Source: Mustelus asterias (lineage: Eukaryota). From it: 64,000 bases of DNA. Position 1 is the first letter of the stretch. Each line of letters starts with the position of its first letter. The position numbers and the translations under genes are program-made. The notes under the pieces are model-generated. The model was not told the origin of the DNA, did not search any database, and worked only from the letters and a program-made list of their open reading frames with translations. Location: the NCBI RefSeq assembly GCF_964213995.1, contig NC_135808.1, positions 55,552,001 to 55,616,000 on the forward strand, in the 5' to 3' direction. Positions 24,600 through 37,760 of this stretch are shown in pieces.

Positions 24600-25890
24600 T
24601 TTTATTCATTCATGGGACATAGGCATCGATGGCTGGCCATCATTTTTGCCCATCCCTAGTTGCCCTTAAGAGCTGCCTTCTTGAATTGTTGGAGTCCACG
24701 TGCTGTGGGTTGACCCACAATGCCATTAGGGAGGAAATCAAGGATTTTGACCCAGCAAATGCGAAGGGATACCAATATATTTCCAAGTCAGGATGGTGAG
24801 TAGCTTGGAGGGGAACTTGCAGGTGGTGGTGTTCCCATTTATCTACTGCCCTTGTCCTTCTAGATGGCAGTGTCGTGGGTTTGGAAGGTGCTGTCTAAGG
24901 ATCTTTGGTGAACTGCTGCAGTGCATCTTGTAGATAGTACACACTGCTGCTACTGAGCGTCGTTCATGGAGGGATTGAATGTTTGTAGATGTGTTGCCAA
25001 TCAAGCAGGCTGCTTTGTCCCGGATGGTGTCAAACGTTTTGAGTATTGTTGGAGCTACACCCATCCAGGTAAGTGGGCTGTATTCCATCACACTCCTGAC
25101 TTGTGCTTTGTAGATGGTGGATAGGCTCTGGGAGTCAGGAAGTGAGTTACTTGTCGCAGTATTCCAAGCCTCTGATCTGCTCTTGTAGCCACTGTTTATG
25201 CGGCAAGTCCAGTTGAGTTTCTGGTTAATGGTAACCCCAAGGATGTTGACAGTGGAGGATTCAGTGCTGGTAACACCATTGAATATCAAGGGACGGTGGT
25301 TAGAGTGTCTCTTATTGGTGATGGTCATTGCCTGACATTTGTGTAGCATGAATGTTACTTGCCACTTGTCAGCCCAAGTCTGGATATTATCCAGATCTTA
25401 TTGCATTTGAACATGGACTGCTTCAGTATCTGAGGAGTCGTGAATGGTGCTGAATATTGTGCAATCTTCGGTGAACATCTCCACTTCTGACTTTATGACG
25501 AAGGGAAGGTCATTGATGAAGCAGCTGAAGATTGGTGGGCCTAGGATACTACCCTGAGGGACTCCTGCAGATATGTCCTGGAGCTGAGATGACTGACCCT
25601 CCACAATCACAACCACCTTCCTATGTACCAGGTATGGCTCCAACCAGCGGAGTGTTTTCCCCAATACCTATTGATTCCAGTTTTGCTAGAGCTCCTTGGC
25701 GCCACACTCAGTCGAAATGGCCTTAATGTCACTCTCACCTCACCTCTGGAATTTAGCCCTTTCATCCACGTTTGAACCAAGGCTGTAATGAGGTCAGAAG
25801 CTAAGTGACGCTGGTGAAACCCAAACTGGGCGTCACTGAGTAGATTATTGCTGAGCAGGTGCTGCTTGATAGCTCTGTCGATGACCCCTT
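24600..25890 (-). mobile_element. CR1-group LINE (second family), RT through 3' end
   Basis: QFGF, AGVPQGSILGP..FSCFINDL, IYKAQVRSVMEYSP, SLHERRSVAAVCTIYKMH. Confidence 0.88.
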
Positions 25891-25894
25891 CCAG

Positions 25895-26240
25895 GGTAAT
25901 ATGCACTGCAGGAACTCACTAAGTCTCCTTAGACAGTGCCTTCCAAACCCACAACCACTACCATCCAGAACGACAACAGCAGCAGATAAATGGGAACACA
26001 ACCATCATGTGGAAGTTCCACTCCAAGCCACACACTATCGTAATTTAGAACCATATAGTCATTCCTTCAAAATCCTACAACTCCCTCCTTACAGCATTAT
26101 GGGTGTACCTACACCACATGGACTGCAGTGGTTCAAGAAGGCAGCTCACCACCACCCACTCCAGTGGAATTAGGGATGGGCAAGAAATGTTGGTCTACCC
26201 AGAGACACCCACATCTCATGAATCAACGGATAAGAAAAAA
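25895..26240 (+). mobile_element. 3' end of the same LINE family in opposite orientation
   Basis: LLRQCLPNP motif and a 3' UTR similar to the reverse complement of 24650-24930. Confidence 0.8.
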
Positions 26241-26249
26241 AAAACATGG

Positions 26250-27180
26250 TTGATCTTGGGCTTCAACTCCACTTTCAGGTCTGTCCCTCATATCCCTTGA
26301 TTCCCCGAGAGCCCAAAAATCTGTCTTTCTCATCCTTAACTGTTTTCAAAGATGGAACATCAAAAATCATCTGGGGTGGAGAATTCCAAGGATTCATAAT
26401 CTTTCAGTAAAGTAATTTCTTCTCATCTCAATCCGACATGATCAGCCCTCATCCAGGGACTGTGCCCCTATGTTTTAAATTCCCTGTCCAGCAGAAAGAA
26501 TCTCTCAGCATATATTCTATCAAGCCTTTTCAGAAGCTTGTACATTTCTTGAGATTGTCTGTCATTCTTCTAAACGTCACAGAGTAAAGGCTCAATTTAT
26601 TCAGCCTCTCATCATAGAACATATCCCTCATCCTAAAGACCAATTTAGTAAACCTTCACTGTATCACTTCCAATACAAATATATCCTTCCTTAAATGTCA
26701 AGACAAAAACACAATTCTAGATATGTTCTTACCAAAGCCCTATACAATTGTGCCAAGAATTCTTCACTCCTGGACTCCATTCCCCTTGCAAGAAAAGCCA
26801 ACATGCCTGACTTCCAAAGTGCTTGCTGTATCTGCATACTAACGTTTTACATTCCTTGCATGAGCACATCCAAGTCTCTCTGAACATCAACACTTGCAAC
26901 TTAAACACCTTTTAAAAACGTATTCAGCTTTTCTATTCTTACTGCTGAAGTGATTAAATTCACACATCCCCAAATTACACTCCAGCTGCCATCTTGTTGC
27001 CCGCCCACTTAACCTGTTTATATCTCTTTAAAACCTCTGTGTCCCCCCACAGCATGCTTTTTCACCTTTGTATCATCAGCAAAGTTGGATACATTACTCT
27101 GTCTCTTCATCTACATCACTATCTAGATTGCAAATTACTCAGTGAATCTTGCGGCATCCCACTATGCTGTTTAGCGTGCA
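26250..27180 (-). mobile_element. Old CR1 3' fragment
   Basis: Degenerate reverse-complement match to the CR1 ORF2 C-terminus (LAQLYRALVRTYLE-like). Confidence 0.7.
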
Positions 27181-27522
27181 TATAGTTCTTTGTTGATACT
27201 TCATTTTTAGATATGCCTGGTGCTATGCATGGCTAGCTCTCTTGCACGCTTCATTGAACCAGGGTTGATCCCTTAGCTAAAGTGATGGATATAGCAGGCC
27301 ATGTGAATACAGATTGTGGTTGAATAGAATTTTGCTGCTGCTGACACAGCGCCTCATGGATGCCCTGTTTCGAGCCGCTAGATCTGCTCTGAAAATGTCC
27401 CATTTAGCTATGGCCAGAACAGCTGGGGATAGGTGGTGAACAGGGACAGCTGTGGGGACATACGCATGCTAGGAAGGCAGTGCATGTATATATGATTGGG
27501 AATAGGGTGCAAGTTAAGACGG

Positions 27523-28580
27523 TGGCCAGAATTTTATGTTGCTTGGGCAGGTGAGAGCCCAATCTGGAAGCATGTGGATTTGTGTGAGATGTGTGCTCCA
27601 CCATCATTGCACACATGTGCAATATTTTGGTCAGCGCGCGTGACAGAAGGAGGCAATTTAGCCCATTAAAGGGCCAATTTAATAATAAACAAATCTAAGT
27701 GCCCAGGCAACAGGCAGAAAAACGGGAGTTTTTTTCCAGCCATTGTGTGGGTGAGCCGACTTAATTTACGGCACTCTGTGCACTACAAAGACCGTCAGGA
27801 GAATCACGCCAGTGAGTGGGGGCGGGGGGTGAGGGTCTAATACCACTGAAGAGGCTGGCAGCAGAGTGCTCAGGGGGCGACTGCACATGCGTTGATTTCC
27901 CAGTATACTGGGAGATCGGTTGACAACCCCCCCTCCCCCCCCATCCCCCTCCCTCTCACTCTCCCCATCCCCCTCCCCCCCCGATGGCTGACCCTGACCT
28001 CCGATGGCCGGCACCATCCCTGACCCCACATTAGCCTTCACCCCTCCAATGCAGAGTTCCCCCTTCCCTCCTACCTTCCCCGTCTGGCTCTGCCCCCCTG
28101 TGATGCCTTGCCTCGTCCCCTTGGTACTACCAGTGTGCCAGGCTAGCAGCGCCAATGTGCTTTGTGGGCAGTGCCAGGGTGCTGGGTGGGCAATGCCTGG
28201 GTGCCAGGCTGGTATTTCCCAAGGGGCACTGCCACCCCCACCCTGACCTCCCATGCAGCCTCAATGGCCTCCAGTCCCACCAGCTAGACCATCACGTCAG
28301 ATTCCTATTGCTGGGGACCATCTGTGATTCCCAGCTGGCGTGGACCTCCACCGGTGAGGTCTGAAATACAAATGAGACCAGCCAATACAGTCCAGAGCTC
28401 GCTAAATGGATCTAAATTCAGCAATGAATATTTAAATTAGCCACGCACCGTTCCCCGGCGTGAGGTTGATCACATCATAAAAAATGGGCTGGGAAGATCG
28501 TGACCGTTCCTGTTATTGGCTGACATTTCCCACCCCACTAAACTACTCGACCAGCATAGTGGGGCGGGAAAATCGCACCT
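27523..28580. mobile_element. Nested or adjacent MITE fragments; 27770-28580 related to the 8180/9101 family
   Basis: GGCCAGAATTTT start and GGAAAATCGCACC end; shares gggcagtgccagggtg / actgcacatg blocks with 8180-9030. Confidence 0.6.
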
Positions 28581-29649
28581 GGGGTCTTTGCTCTGTAAAT
28601 CTTCCTTTCCGTTTTTTATTGTGCGAGTGCACAGGAGGCAATACGGTGACCGTCCACCTGTGATTTGACTGTATGTAAATAAACTAATCCCTTGAAATCA
28701 TCCTATCTCGAGTTTACCATGGAGTTATTAATAGAAAATTGTATCATACCAAAGCTTAGGGGTTGGAAAATATACCACTACTTATAAAGGGGGGAACAAA
28801 TCAAAACATCTTTCCCTTTATGAACAGGTGGGAAGAGGACAAATTGGGCTGTTTGAATTAATCCCCTTTCTGACTGTAACAAATTTATACCTGTCTAAAT
28901 AAACATATATACGTATAATTTACCAAGTTCAACACTTTCCACTTCTACAACAATGGAATGTAGCATAGACCATTAAAAGATGAAGATCTCTCTTTAAGAG
29001 CAGCAGCAGATTAAATGCTGCTCTTAAAGAGGATGTAGAAGGAATTTAGGTGGTCTTCATCAATGTGTAGCAAACACTGGTCTACAGAACTAGAATGCTC
29101 ACAGTAAAAAACTTCATACAGAGAGGAAAAGTAAGACTCTTGAATGACAATCGATGACTATCAATTGCATAAAATTACTGCAGCCCTTTAAGTATTTTAC
29201 AAATACCCTAACAAGCCAAATATTCCTGGCACCAAGAAAATCATTAAACAGAACATTACCTTGTGTCAAACAACCAACTTGTTGTCACTTACTTAATGAA
29301 TCAATGTCTACATTCTTTCAAACCAATTACTACATGCCCTTTGCCATACCAGAGTATGAAATGGTTGAGCAAGTAAGAACTGGAAATTAGATAACTTACA
29401 TAAAAATCCCCCATGAAGATGACTGAACAATTTTTAAGAATTATGTACTTTAGTACTGAGTGAAAATGTGAAATAAATAACGTGCACAATTTTGATATGT
29501 GAAATAAATGCTCCATTGAAGTTCATTACGCATGGAAAATTAGAAATTTCTATTTTTTTTTTGAAAACAACTCCAGTATCAGATCTTTTACTAAGCCTTA
29601 ACCTTGGAGTTGTAACAAGGAAGTATGACTGAGGGGAGTTTTTTAACTG

Positions 29650-29900
29650 TCATTCAGATAGTTGAACATTGTGAAGAGTGAAAGAGGGGACTACAGAAGT
29701 AGAGTTGGAAGAGCATGCAGGGCAGGAAGAAATTGCAGAAACAGGAAGAGGAGAGTCCATGAGCAGTTTGAAGATAAAGATGAGCTTCTTAAAGTATCTA
29801 TGCTGGGGATACACAGCCAATGGATGTCCGCACAAGTTGTTTTGATAGGCGATGAGATAAAATTTGAGTGCAAAATTTTGGTTAAATTAGAGCAATCATT
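29650..29900 (-). mobile_element. Ancient L2 LINE fragment
   Basis: PIKTTCADIHWLCIP...KLIFIFK resembles the L2 motif HITPVL..LHWLP...FK. Confidence 0.5.
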
Positions 29901-31966
29901 AAATGGAGCTCCAAAATGATGTTTCTGCTGTGTGGCACACGGGACAAGTGTGCTAAATGTTGAAAGATTTGAGTGGAAAATCAAACAAATTTTAAACATG
30001 CAATCAAACAATCAATACTGCTCAAGACTCAGAGGTATCCAATCACTTTAACACGCAAGATTCATTTACTTCTGACCCTGGTGCACCATCTCAAAACAAT
30101 TTGTTTGCAAATCAAGCTTGATGAACTCTCAGCTCAGAAAAAAATGGCAAAATAATACAAAAAATGATAGATATCAGCGTAAGCATATTGATCATTGTCA
30201 GAACGATTTCTATAGTTCTAAAATATATCTACGTCCAGATGTTTTGTTCTTTGAAACTCAAATGTCAGCAAGTGTGTATGTGGTTTTCCAGTTTAATTGT
30301 TAGTGTCACAAGTAGGCTTACATTAACACTGCAATGAAGTTACTGTGAAAATCCCAGTGTTTTGGTAAGCAATTAAAATTAAAGAAAAACTTAATGGAAG
30401 ACCATGTATGACAATAGAAAAAAATTGTTGGTAAGGTGAATGGGAAAATAAATGACACCTTTCTGTTGTTAATATGTTGTTAGGTGTTTGGTTTTGAAAT
30501 TCAAGAGGCATTTTTCTTTAGTGAACAATCCAACAGGTTATCTGTTAGCACAAGGGTAGAACTAATTAAAGAACAAGACTGCAGCCAACTACTTCAAATC
30601 AGTTTAGAAGACTCATCAATAAAATGTGGGAGAGACATTGTTTTGCTATTTTTCTAATGTCTTATTCATTGGCAGAACTGTTGTTTAGGCATTTTCAATT
30701 AAACTTCCTTAAAGTAAGTGATTGCTAACCATCCAACAAATCAAAATCAACAAAACAATAAGGTGGGCATTAAAATAATCTCCAATAAATTACTGGAGAA
30801 ATTAAACGAGGTAAGGAATGACACATGGGGTTTAATGTGGCTAAATCAAATTTCAAACACATTGGAAACAAAACATGCACAAACAACAGGTATATTTTGC
30901 GAAGGAATAGATGAAAATGATTGGATAGCTCGCTAAGCACATTTGTTCTCCTGCTATTGTGACCACAGAAACAATCCTTGAAATACAATAATCAGGGAAT
31001 GAATAATATACATTGCAACGCTGAATTGTCATTCTGGAATTTTGCTCCTGGCACTCATCTGTTGCCTGTCTCCCATCTGCTTTGCTGTACTTTTGTTGGC
31101 CACTCTTCCAGCCAACATATCCTTACATCATGAAATACCTTCCAGTCACTTCACCTTACCTTTCTCTCTTCAAATTTGCTAAAAAAATTATATTTTCTCC
31201 TGCTCTTTCAGTGCTGTCCTCTAGTTCCATTCTATCGCCATCCAGTTAGTATACATTCGTTTCCACTCTACTGAAGTACTTTGAGAAGCCTTTAGCATAC
31301 TATAGAAATGCAAAGTATTGTTTTATTTATAAAGTTTAAGGAACATATAACAGAAATTTTTACTCATCAATATTTCCTTCAGATGACTAAATAAATCAGG
31401 TTTGATGAGATTTGCTGTAGGAAATCAACTTCAAGGGCTAAAAATCTTTTAATCACATTTTTCCTTCAGTTCTAATGTGCTATTTTGAAATCAAATGCTG
31501 AGCCAATAGCAGGCCTTCAGTTTTATTGCAAGAAAAACCAGATGAGATTTTTGTAAAAGTAAATTATTTGATGTAAATCAGAACTTGAGTGAAAATTTCA
31601 GTTATATTTTACATTCTGACTTGAATTTGGTTCCTTGTAAGTAGAAACCAGAATTCTGTTAGTTGCATCATGGACATCCAGAGCACACAGACTAATCTCA
31701 TCTCCTAGACTGTGAATAATGATCCATGCTTGTCTTTACATGCAGAAACTCCCCAATTCATGCTCCCCAGAGGGCCCCACCTGGCAGTGCCCCAAGGGAA
31801 GGGAGGGTGGGGAACAATGTCCCTCTCCCTCTGGGGGCTTTACTTACCTGTGCGCCCGTGGTGGGTTCCCTTCGGCTGGTTCGTGTTTTTGAAAAGCAGT
31901 TGTAAACCCTGCTGACGTGATGACATGTTGGTGAAGGGGAATTCCAATGTTGGGGGATGATATTCA

Positions 31967-32185
31967 TGATGTGGAGATGCCGGCGTTGGACTGGGGTAAA
32001 CACAGTAAGAAGTCTCACAACACCAGGTTAAATTCCAATAGGTTTATTTGGTAGCAAATACCATAAGCTTTCGGAGCACTGCTCCTTCGTCAGATGGAGT
32101 GGAAATGTGCTCTCAAACAGTGCACAGACACAGAAATCAAGCTACAGAATACTAATTAGAATGCGAATCTCTACAGCCAGCCAGG
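31967..32185 (-). mobile_element. Penelope-like terminal repeat fragment
   Basis: Shares the tgatgtggagatgccggcgttggactggggtaaacacagtaagaag...ggtagc block with the 1484-1655 element and contains a hammerhead motif. Confidence 0.8.
32061..32097 (-). ncRNA. Minimal type-I hammerhead ribozyme motif
   Basis: Minus strand reads CCAU-CUGACGA-A-GGAGC-AGU-GCUCC-GAAA-GC-UU-AUGG: both core boxes, a perfect 5-bp stem II, a 4-bp stem I and a palindromic AAGCUU stem III. Confidence 0.8.
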
Positions 32186-32339
32186 CTGCAAGACCTGTTA
32201 TAGACTTTTCAGGGTTGATTGAGCAAGGTGTGCTCTTTGTTGTTTCTGGTGCATAGATAGTCCATTCATTTGAATTTTCTTGATGGAAATTGTCATCAAC
32301 AGTCACATTCAATTTGGATTTCACCATTGCCACTCAACT

Positions 32340-33490
32340 TCTGAGTTTATTTACAGCTTTGGTTCAAACATGGAACTAAAGAGCTGAATTCCAGAGGTGA
32401 GGTGAGAGTGACTGCTGAAGGTGGGATCAAGGCGCCAGAGTAAAACTGGAGTCAATGAGTATGAGGAGGAAAATCTTCTACAGGTTGAAGTCATACCTAG
32501 CACGAAGGAAGATGTTGGAGGTAATTCATCCCAGTTCTAGGAAATCACAGCAGGAGTTTCTCAGGGTAGTGCACTGAGTACAACAATCTTCAACCGCTTC
32601 ATCAAAGACCTTCCCTCCATCATAAAGTCAGAAGTGGGGATGTTTGCCGATGATTGTACAATGTTTAGTCACCATTTGTGACTCCTCAGACATTGAAGCA
32701 GTCCATGTCCATATGCAGCAAGATCTGGACTACATTCAGGCTTGAGCTGGTGTGGCAAGTAACATTTGTACAACACAAGTGTGGGCAGTGCCCATCTCCA
32801 ATAAGTGCGAATTCAACCATGTGCCTTTGACGTTTGATGGCATTACTATTGCTGAATCCCCCAGTGTCAATATCCTGTATAAATGCTGTGGCTACAAGAT
32901 CAGGTCAGAGACTGGGAATCCTGCAGCAGCTCCCCAAAGCATGCACTTCATCATTTACAAAGCACAAGTCAGGAGCGTGATGGAATACTCTCAAATTGAC
33001 TGGATGAGTGCTTTTTCAACAACACTTAAGAAGCTTGACATCATTCAGCACAAAGCAGTCTGCTTGGCAGGCACCCCAGCCACTACCTTCAACATTCATT
33101 CCCTATACCATTGATGCACAGTTGCAGAAGTGTATACCATCTAGAAGATGAATTTCAGCAACTCACCAAAACTCCTTCGACAGCACCTTCCAAACCCGTA
33201 GTCTCTATCAGCTAGGTACAAGGGCAGCAGATGAATGGGAACATGAGCACCTGCAAGTTCCTCTCCAAGTCACACACCATCCTGATTCGGAACTATATTG
33301 TTGTCCTCTCACTGTCACTGGGTCAAAATCCTGGAACTCCCTTCTGAACAGCACTGTGGTTGTACCTGCACTATATGGCCTGCAGCTCTTCATGAAGGTA
33401 GCTTGTCACTTCCTTTTCAAGGGTAATTAGGGATGAACAATAAATACTGGATGAGCTGGCAACGTTGAAATCCCAAGAAAGAATATAAAA
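32340..33490 (+). mobile_element. CR1-group LINE (second family), RT through 3' end; an inverted RT fragment follows at ~33495-33720
   Basis: GVSQGS...MFADDC, IYKAQVRSVMEYS, NIHSLYH. The minus-strand piece reads YNTGIYPTMWKIA. Confidence 0.85.
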
Positions 33491-34069
33491 AATGAGATCA
33501 GAAGCCGAGTGGATTGCAAACTGAGTGCCAGTGAGCAGGTTATTGCTGTATATGCGCTGCTTGATAGCACTGTTGATGAAACATTTCATCACTTTTGCTG
33601 ATGATCGAGAGCAGATTCTTGGGCTGGAAATTGGCAATTTTCCACATTGTAGGGTAGATGCCAGTGTTGTAGATGAACTGGAACAGCTTAGCTAGGGGCA
33701 CAAATACAGGACAATATGCTTTAATGGAAAACATATTAGTCCAGATCTTCCAGTCAGTTGCAGATTGGGAGCACACGCTGCTGACTACATTTAAAATTCA
33801 CTGCCCCCACAACCTTTTACAAGAATCTTAGGAACTAGCTGTCCTGGCCCCAGCTTGAATCCAGTGATGCTGGAAGAGTGAAGTCCTAGTAGCAGAGGGC
33901 AGTTACAGCAACCAACAACCCTTTTTTTTCTTAAGCTTAAGACACTCCTTTAAGTGTGTCTTCAGTTCATTGAATTGCAGAGTTTTTAAATGGACATGTT
34001 ATTCCTGACACGGCTCATGCTCTCACTGCACTTATAGCACTGTTGATGTCTCCACACCACTGATTACTA

Positions 34070-34275
34070 CTCACACCCCTCCTGAATCATCCTGACATGC
34101 TCACCCACCTCCTGCACACCCCGACAATGTCACTACCCCTCCTGCAGCAACTGTAATGCTCACCATCCCTGACAATGCTCATGCCACTTCCCCATCACCT
34201 CCCCTCCTGACAATGCACATACCCAACTTCACCCTCCTGACAATGCTCAGCAACGCTTGCCACTTCCCACCTGCT
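34070..34275. repeat. Degenerate C-rich minisatellite
   Basis: Recurring (c)ctcctgacaatgctca unit, about 6 imperfect copies. Confidence 0.6.
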
Positions 34276-34704
34276 CCCCCAGTTCTAGCATAAATTGCTC
34301 CCTCAGGTTTGCTGCTATTGCGATTAGAAGATCTGGTTCATTGAGTGAGCAATTGTGTAACACATTCTTAATTTGCATTGTTCAGACAAACTCTGGTCCT
34401 TATGCAAAAATGCATCTTTTTGTGTTGTGAGGCTGGTCTTTTTGAGAGCTGTTAGTACACATTGATCGAAAAGAAATTAAAAGGATAAGCAAACAAAACG
34501 TGAAAAGGCAGAAAAAAAGTATTTGTATGAAGACGGACAAAGAGAAAAGAACTCACAGGGCAAGTTTGAGCCTTAGTTCAATGGTAGCACCTTAGACCAG
34601 AAATTGAGGTTTCAAAATTTTCTCTAAACACTTAATCTCCCTACCTAAGCTGACATTGTCATGCCCCCAAAAGTCCCCTTACCATGCAAGCAATCACTCC
34701 ACTT

Positions 34705-34805
34705 CATGAAAGAAACAAAGAAATGGCACGCATTGAGATAGCTTTTATGACCTCAGGATGTCCCAAAGCACTTACTTTCAATCAATCCTTGAAAGTACTG
34801 TCACA
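34705..34805 (-). mobile_element. Deu-SINE/L2-type 3' tail fragment; second copy at 35363-35445
   Basis: gcttttatgacctcaggatgtcccaaagcactt, related to the tail at 57385-57430. Confidence 0.55.
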
Positions 34806-35864
34806 ACCCAAATCTATGTCCATCTCTCCTGCAATTACTATGTTCATCTCTCCAACTATATTTCCATTCTCAGAATTAAAATGGCCCTCAGGAAAGACCC
34901 TCCTCAACTTTTCTGTTCCTTTTGACATTATTGAAAAGCATCCTTGACAAATGGCTCTCCTCTGTTGTTCAGCTTGGGGGACTGCTCTTGTTTGATTCTA
35001 CTCTTGCCTACCTGACTGTGGTCAGAGCACCTCCAGCAAAGGGTCACAGTTATTATTTTCAAATTTCCCACAATTCCTTCCTTGCCTCCTCTTCCTCCTT
35101 TGCAGAGCTGTATCAAGTAGACCACAGGGTACTATTTGGGTCAGACTGGAGAAGAAACAATGGTGTTAATGTGGCCATAGAACACAAGCAACAGGGGATA
35201 ATATTGGGCAGGGGCAATGTGGGCCAATGGAGTTAGCAGGGTGGCAGGAAAGTGAAAAGATGAAGCAATATTGCACTGAGGCTTGGGCAACAGGGAAAAA
35301 AAGTTTAAAAGGCAGCATTATCTATTTGGCGTCAATGGCATTTGTGACAAACTTTTACTGGCATGAAAGAAACAAAGAAATAGCATGCATTTAGATAGAA
35401 GCTTTTATGACCTCAGAATGTCCCAAAGCACTTTACAGTCAGTTCCTAGGACTGAAATATTCTTGACATTTGGCATTTTTGTAACGTAGGAAATAAAGTT
35501 TAGATACAAGTTGTTTTTACATGTTTAACAGTAAATAAGAAATTGTAGAAAAATGTATTGATGGCAGGCCTTAATGGGGCCCACAGAGCTGGGGGTGAGA
35601 GCAAAGTGAAGTAAGTAGGCAATTTAGTTGGGGAGGCAAATTAAACATAACTAGAAACTGAAAGCAGAGGTTTATGATTAACTCATGTATTTATAGATTT
35701 TATACATGATATGAGAAAGCTACTAGTTTATTTCAGTAGAGGTTTAATTTAATTTGTGAAATAGAGTTTGGAGCTAGAGTAGGTGAAAGATTGAAGAGAG
35801 CAGCACCACAGTGCTATCTGAGTAAGCTGCCTAAGGCAAGGTGGCAAATCTTCAAATCCAAACA

Positions 35865-35960
35865 GATTTAGAGGGATACAAACAGATGGTCTAGTTCGGA
35901 ACACATGATTGGTGCAGGCTTGGAGGGCCGAAGGGCCTGTTCCTGTGCTGTATTGTTCTT
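35865..35960 (+). mobile_element. Short CR1 3' tail
   Basis: gggccgaagggcctgttcctgtgctgtattgttct terminal motif. Confidence 0.75.
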
Positions 35961-36929
35961 TAGAGCATTTTCCCATTATAATATTTTGAAGAGAATTTGG
36001 ACTGTGTTTACAACTTTTTGATGCGAGAAATTGAAATTATTAGAAAAATAGGGGATTTCTTTTGTTGAAAAAGAACTTTGTGTGATTGATACAGAAAAGA
36101 TAATACATCTCTATATGGTGATGTTATAGGGAACCATCACAGATCAGTGATCAAATTAACAATGGAAATCCTGTTAAAATATCCACGTGTGTTACAGGGT
36201 TTGTGTGGATAATTTCACATCTGAATTCTCAGCAGAAAATGCTTACATAGCAGCAACCATTTCGTTATTTGGGGATTTTTATTGAAACATTGTTAAAACA
36301 ATTTCAAGTACTTCAGTGAAGGAAAGTAGTCTTGCACCTTACCACAAATAATGACACATACTGCAATGGTGGTATCATCTTTAAAAGGGCATTCTCATGA
36401 CATACTCTCAACTATTTTGACTCCAGTTGATTGAAAACACAATTAGGATCTCACAAGGTTTTCTGAACTAAATCATTAACTATCTTAGAACCATATAATG
36501 ATGAATTAATTTCTTATCCAATGCCATGTCATCCATAGTTTTGGGATACTAATATTTGGGTTTCAATGAACAAGGTTGGAAATATTTTGTTTTGCAACCA
36601 GCTTCCTCTTACACTAGTATCTGTACTCAGCATTCTACTTCAATAGATCCAGTGAAATATTTTCATTCAATCAAAACTCTTATCTCTTGTTTTCCACATC
36701 CTGAATGATGTCTATCATGACTACTTTTATGGGCAGCCAGAATGAAATATCAATCAAAACAAACCAGAACTAATTTCAATGTCAATGCTCCAAATTAATG
36801 GCCTAGCTTAGAACAAACATAACCTTTCTTGTAATTGTCAAACTTTGGTGTAGGAATCCTTCATGTATAAAAACAATAACAAAATAAAAATGAATGAAAC
36901 CAAAGCCAATTTATTTTTGCATTACTTAC

Positions 36930-37142
36930 CTGAGCATGGTTCTTGATGTCCATTGTTTGCTGACACATTCTGAAGAAGAAAATGGCAATTTTTGACCAGT
37001 GCCTTTAATTCTCCTGGTTAGCAGGACATTTGCTTTCCACGATCCTTTGGAGAAATGTATGTGTAATTTTCATTACCCATGTAGGGGACAATGTTCATTG
37101 AAGTTTTCCAGTTATAGGGCTGAGATCAAGAACTCCACAAGC
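36930..37142 (-). other. Candidate host exon (possible 5' UTR plus short coding start MCQQTMDIKNHAQ)
   Basis: Consensus donor CAG|GTAAGT at 36930 and acceptor tgtctgtctcAG at 37143-37144. An ATG at 36968 gives 13 codons in phase 0. No homology recognised. Confidence 0.3.
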
Positions 37143-37760
37143 TGAGACAGACATAAATATCTGCTGGCATTCTTTAACAAATCGTTTCCACTATACTACA
37201 TTAATATAATGCCTAACTAAAGCTATATATTTGTTAGACCGTTAATAATTACCAAAATGATCATCTCAGCTGCAGAACTGTGAAATATTGATTTCAGAAT
37301 ATAAACTCCAGGGTTGGGAGTGCCAGAATGACAAGTTGTAAAATATCTGGGTCACACCCTACAAACATTGCTTCAATTAGTAGTTTTAATCTGCATTCAA
37401 ATGATACAAACCTAATTTAAAATGACTTGCAGCAGCACAAACCTGCAACTCAGACTTCTGTAGCAGCTATGCATTTACAAAAGATTAGGGTCTCACAATT
37501 ACATATAGCATAAGATGGCGCGGTGGCTTGCACCACTGCCTCACAGCGCTAGGAACCTGGGTTCAATTTTGGCTTTGGCTGATTGTCTGTGTGGAGTTTG
37601 TATATTCTCCGTGTCTGTGTGGGTTTCCTCTGGGTGCTCCAGTTTCCTCCCACACTCCAAAGATGTGCACGTTAGGTTGATCGGCCATGCTAAATTGTCC
37701 CTTAGTGTCAGGGTGATTAGCAGGGTTACTACATAGGGATAAGGGGATAGGGCCTGGGTA

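Noticed and set aside
29250-29385. Minus-strand exon suggested by GTAAGT/GTAATG donors
   Set aside because: All three frames from the nearest acceptor contain stops.
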